DNA of 64,000 nt from IMG/VR virus record IMGVR_UViG_3300035137_000026, positions 133,731-197,730 of that record; one strand, given 5' to 3'. The notes beneath the pieces are model-generated. The model was not told the DNA's origin and did no database searches. It was given only the letters and a program-made list of their open reading frames with translations. Below are positions 63,089 to 64,000 of the stretch, one piece after another. The stretch is from a virus. Positions within the stretch are counted from its first letter, which is position 1. Every line of letters starts with the position of its first letter. Position numbers and translations under genes: made by a program.

Positions 63089-63376
63089 CTACTTATCTTT
63101 ATTCTCCTTGTTCTTAGTCCACATCTTTTCTGCCATCTTTCTAGCGTTCTCTCTCATCGCTTCTGATATTTCTATGTCTGCGAGCTTAATCTTTCCCATA
63201 CGCTTAGGATTTATTTGGGTCCAGGAAAGATCTGGTTCTAGTTTTCGATATGGCATCCAGTTATACAACGGACATTTGGTATTCCTATAATCTTCTTTAC
63301 CATCACTATAGTATCCCATGCATTGGTGACATTGAGCTAGTATTGCATTCTTCAATGTGGGTTTTAAATTATCCAT
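63089..63376 (-). CDS. Cys-containing hypothetical protein
   Basis: AILAQCHQCMG...CPLY.W.PYR. Confidence 0.55.
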   Translation of the reverse strand: MDNLKPTLKNAILAQCHQCMGYYSDGKEDYRNTKCPLYNWMPYRKLEPDLSWTQINPKRMGKIKLADIEISEAMRENARKMAEKMWTKNKENKDK

Positions 63377-63851
63377 CTTTTTGTGCTCCAGCTAGTTGTG
63401 CTATTGCCATAGAGAGTCTAGTAATTGCATTGTCTAGATGGTTCTCATTGCTAGGTTCCTGTCCACCAGCTTGTATATTTAAGTGGGTCATGATATGCCT
63501 TGCCGCCTTGAGAAGGTGAGTCTCAGTTGGTTCGTCTAGCCATGTCCACGGATCATGTTTTAATATACGGTCTTCACTTAGGAGTATTCTACTTATTGCC
63601 TTATCAACTTGGTTTAAGATAATGTCCTTCTCTTCTTCGAAGATACCGTCTGCGGTGTTTACATATACTAAATTCGATTTAATATTCATAATGTATTCTT
63701 TTGCTTCTTCAAGAAACTGAGGTAGATTATTCTGACTTATCTCGAAGGTTCCATGGTTTGTATCATTACAGAAACCACAAACGTTATCTTGATCATGTGG
63801 ATCTTTACAAAATCTCTGGCATACTGGGCAGTCAATTACAACATCACTCAT
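63369..63851 (-). CDS. Zn-finger plus dATP/dGTP-diphosphohydrolase-like C-terminal region
   Basis: CPVC...CGFC; W...HLLKAARH...ENHLDNAITRL resembles the DUF5664 core. Confidence 0.45.
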   Translation of the reverse strand: MSDVVIDCPVCQRFCKDPHDQDNVCGFCNDTNHGTFEISQNNLPQFLEEAKEYIMNIKSNLVYVNTADGIFEEEKDIILNQVDKAISRILLSEDRILKHDPWTWLDEPTETHLLKAARHIMTHLNIQAGGQEPSNENHLDNAITRLSMAIAQLAGAQKDG

Positions 63852-64000
63852 ATGTCACTAACCTTTCGGGTCCATTCATACACTGTCTTCTAATGTAAAT
63901 CGTCTACAAAACCACGCTTATATTTATCAAACTTCATCTTATTATTTGTACGGTGGTCTTTAACCTGATTATCGAAGACACGTATGGTTCTAATCTTATC

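Noticed and set aside
1-64000. Genome-wide stop-codon reassignment (TAG or TGA) explaining the internal stops
   Set aside because: TAG ends nrdJ exactly at its canonical CGESTGCS terminus, TGA is used in many ATGA overlaps, and the broken genes contain all three stop types plus frameshifts

Overview
A 64 kb segment of a large dsDNA bacteriophage genome, densely coded and almost entirely on the minus strand, translation table 11. The left part holds a glycan-modification cluster (methyltransferase, two sulfotransferase-like genes, GT9 glycosyltransferases) and a replication/nucleotide module: ThyX with two inteins, primase-helicase, nucleases, RecA, class II RNR with an intein, and family-4 UDG. 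It also holds a DnaE-type polymerase broken into three ORFs. Two of these are joined by a trans-splicing split intein that closely resembles the cyanobacterial DnaE split intein; two virion-type genes sit between the halves, and an HNH intein lies only four residues after the split junction. The right part is accessory: ADP-heptose-type kinase and nucleotidyltransferase, Whirly-like and SpoVG-like proteins, Map, lysins, a PARP-like enzyme, thymidine kinase, three tRNAs and one degenerate tRNA. Main oddities: (1) an endonuclease VII gene nested in an alternative frame inside a dATP/dGTP-diphosphohydrolase gene whose own frame stays open through the whole 576-nt insert, with an RNA hairpin over the nested RBS and start codon; (2) the split and multi-intein DnaE; (3) at least nine accessory or selfish genes with nonsense codons or frameshifts while all core genes are intact. 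Family assignments come from recognised motifs; no database searches were run.
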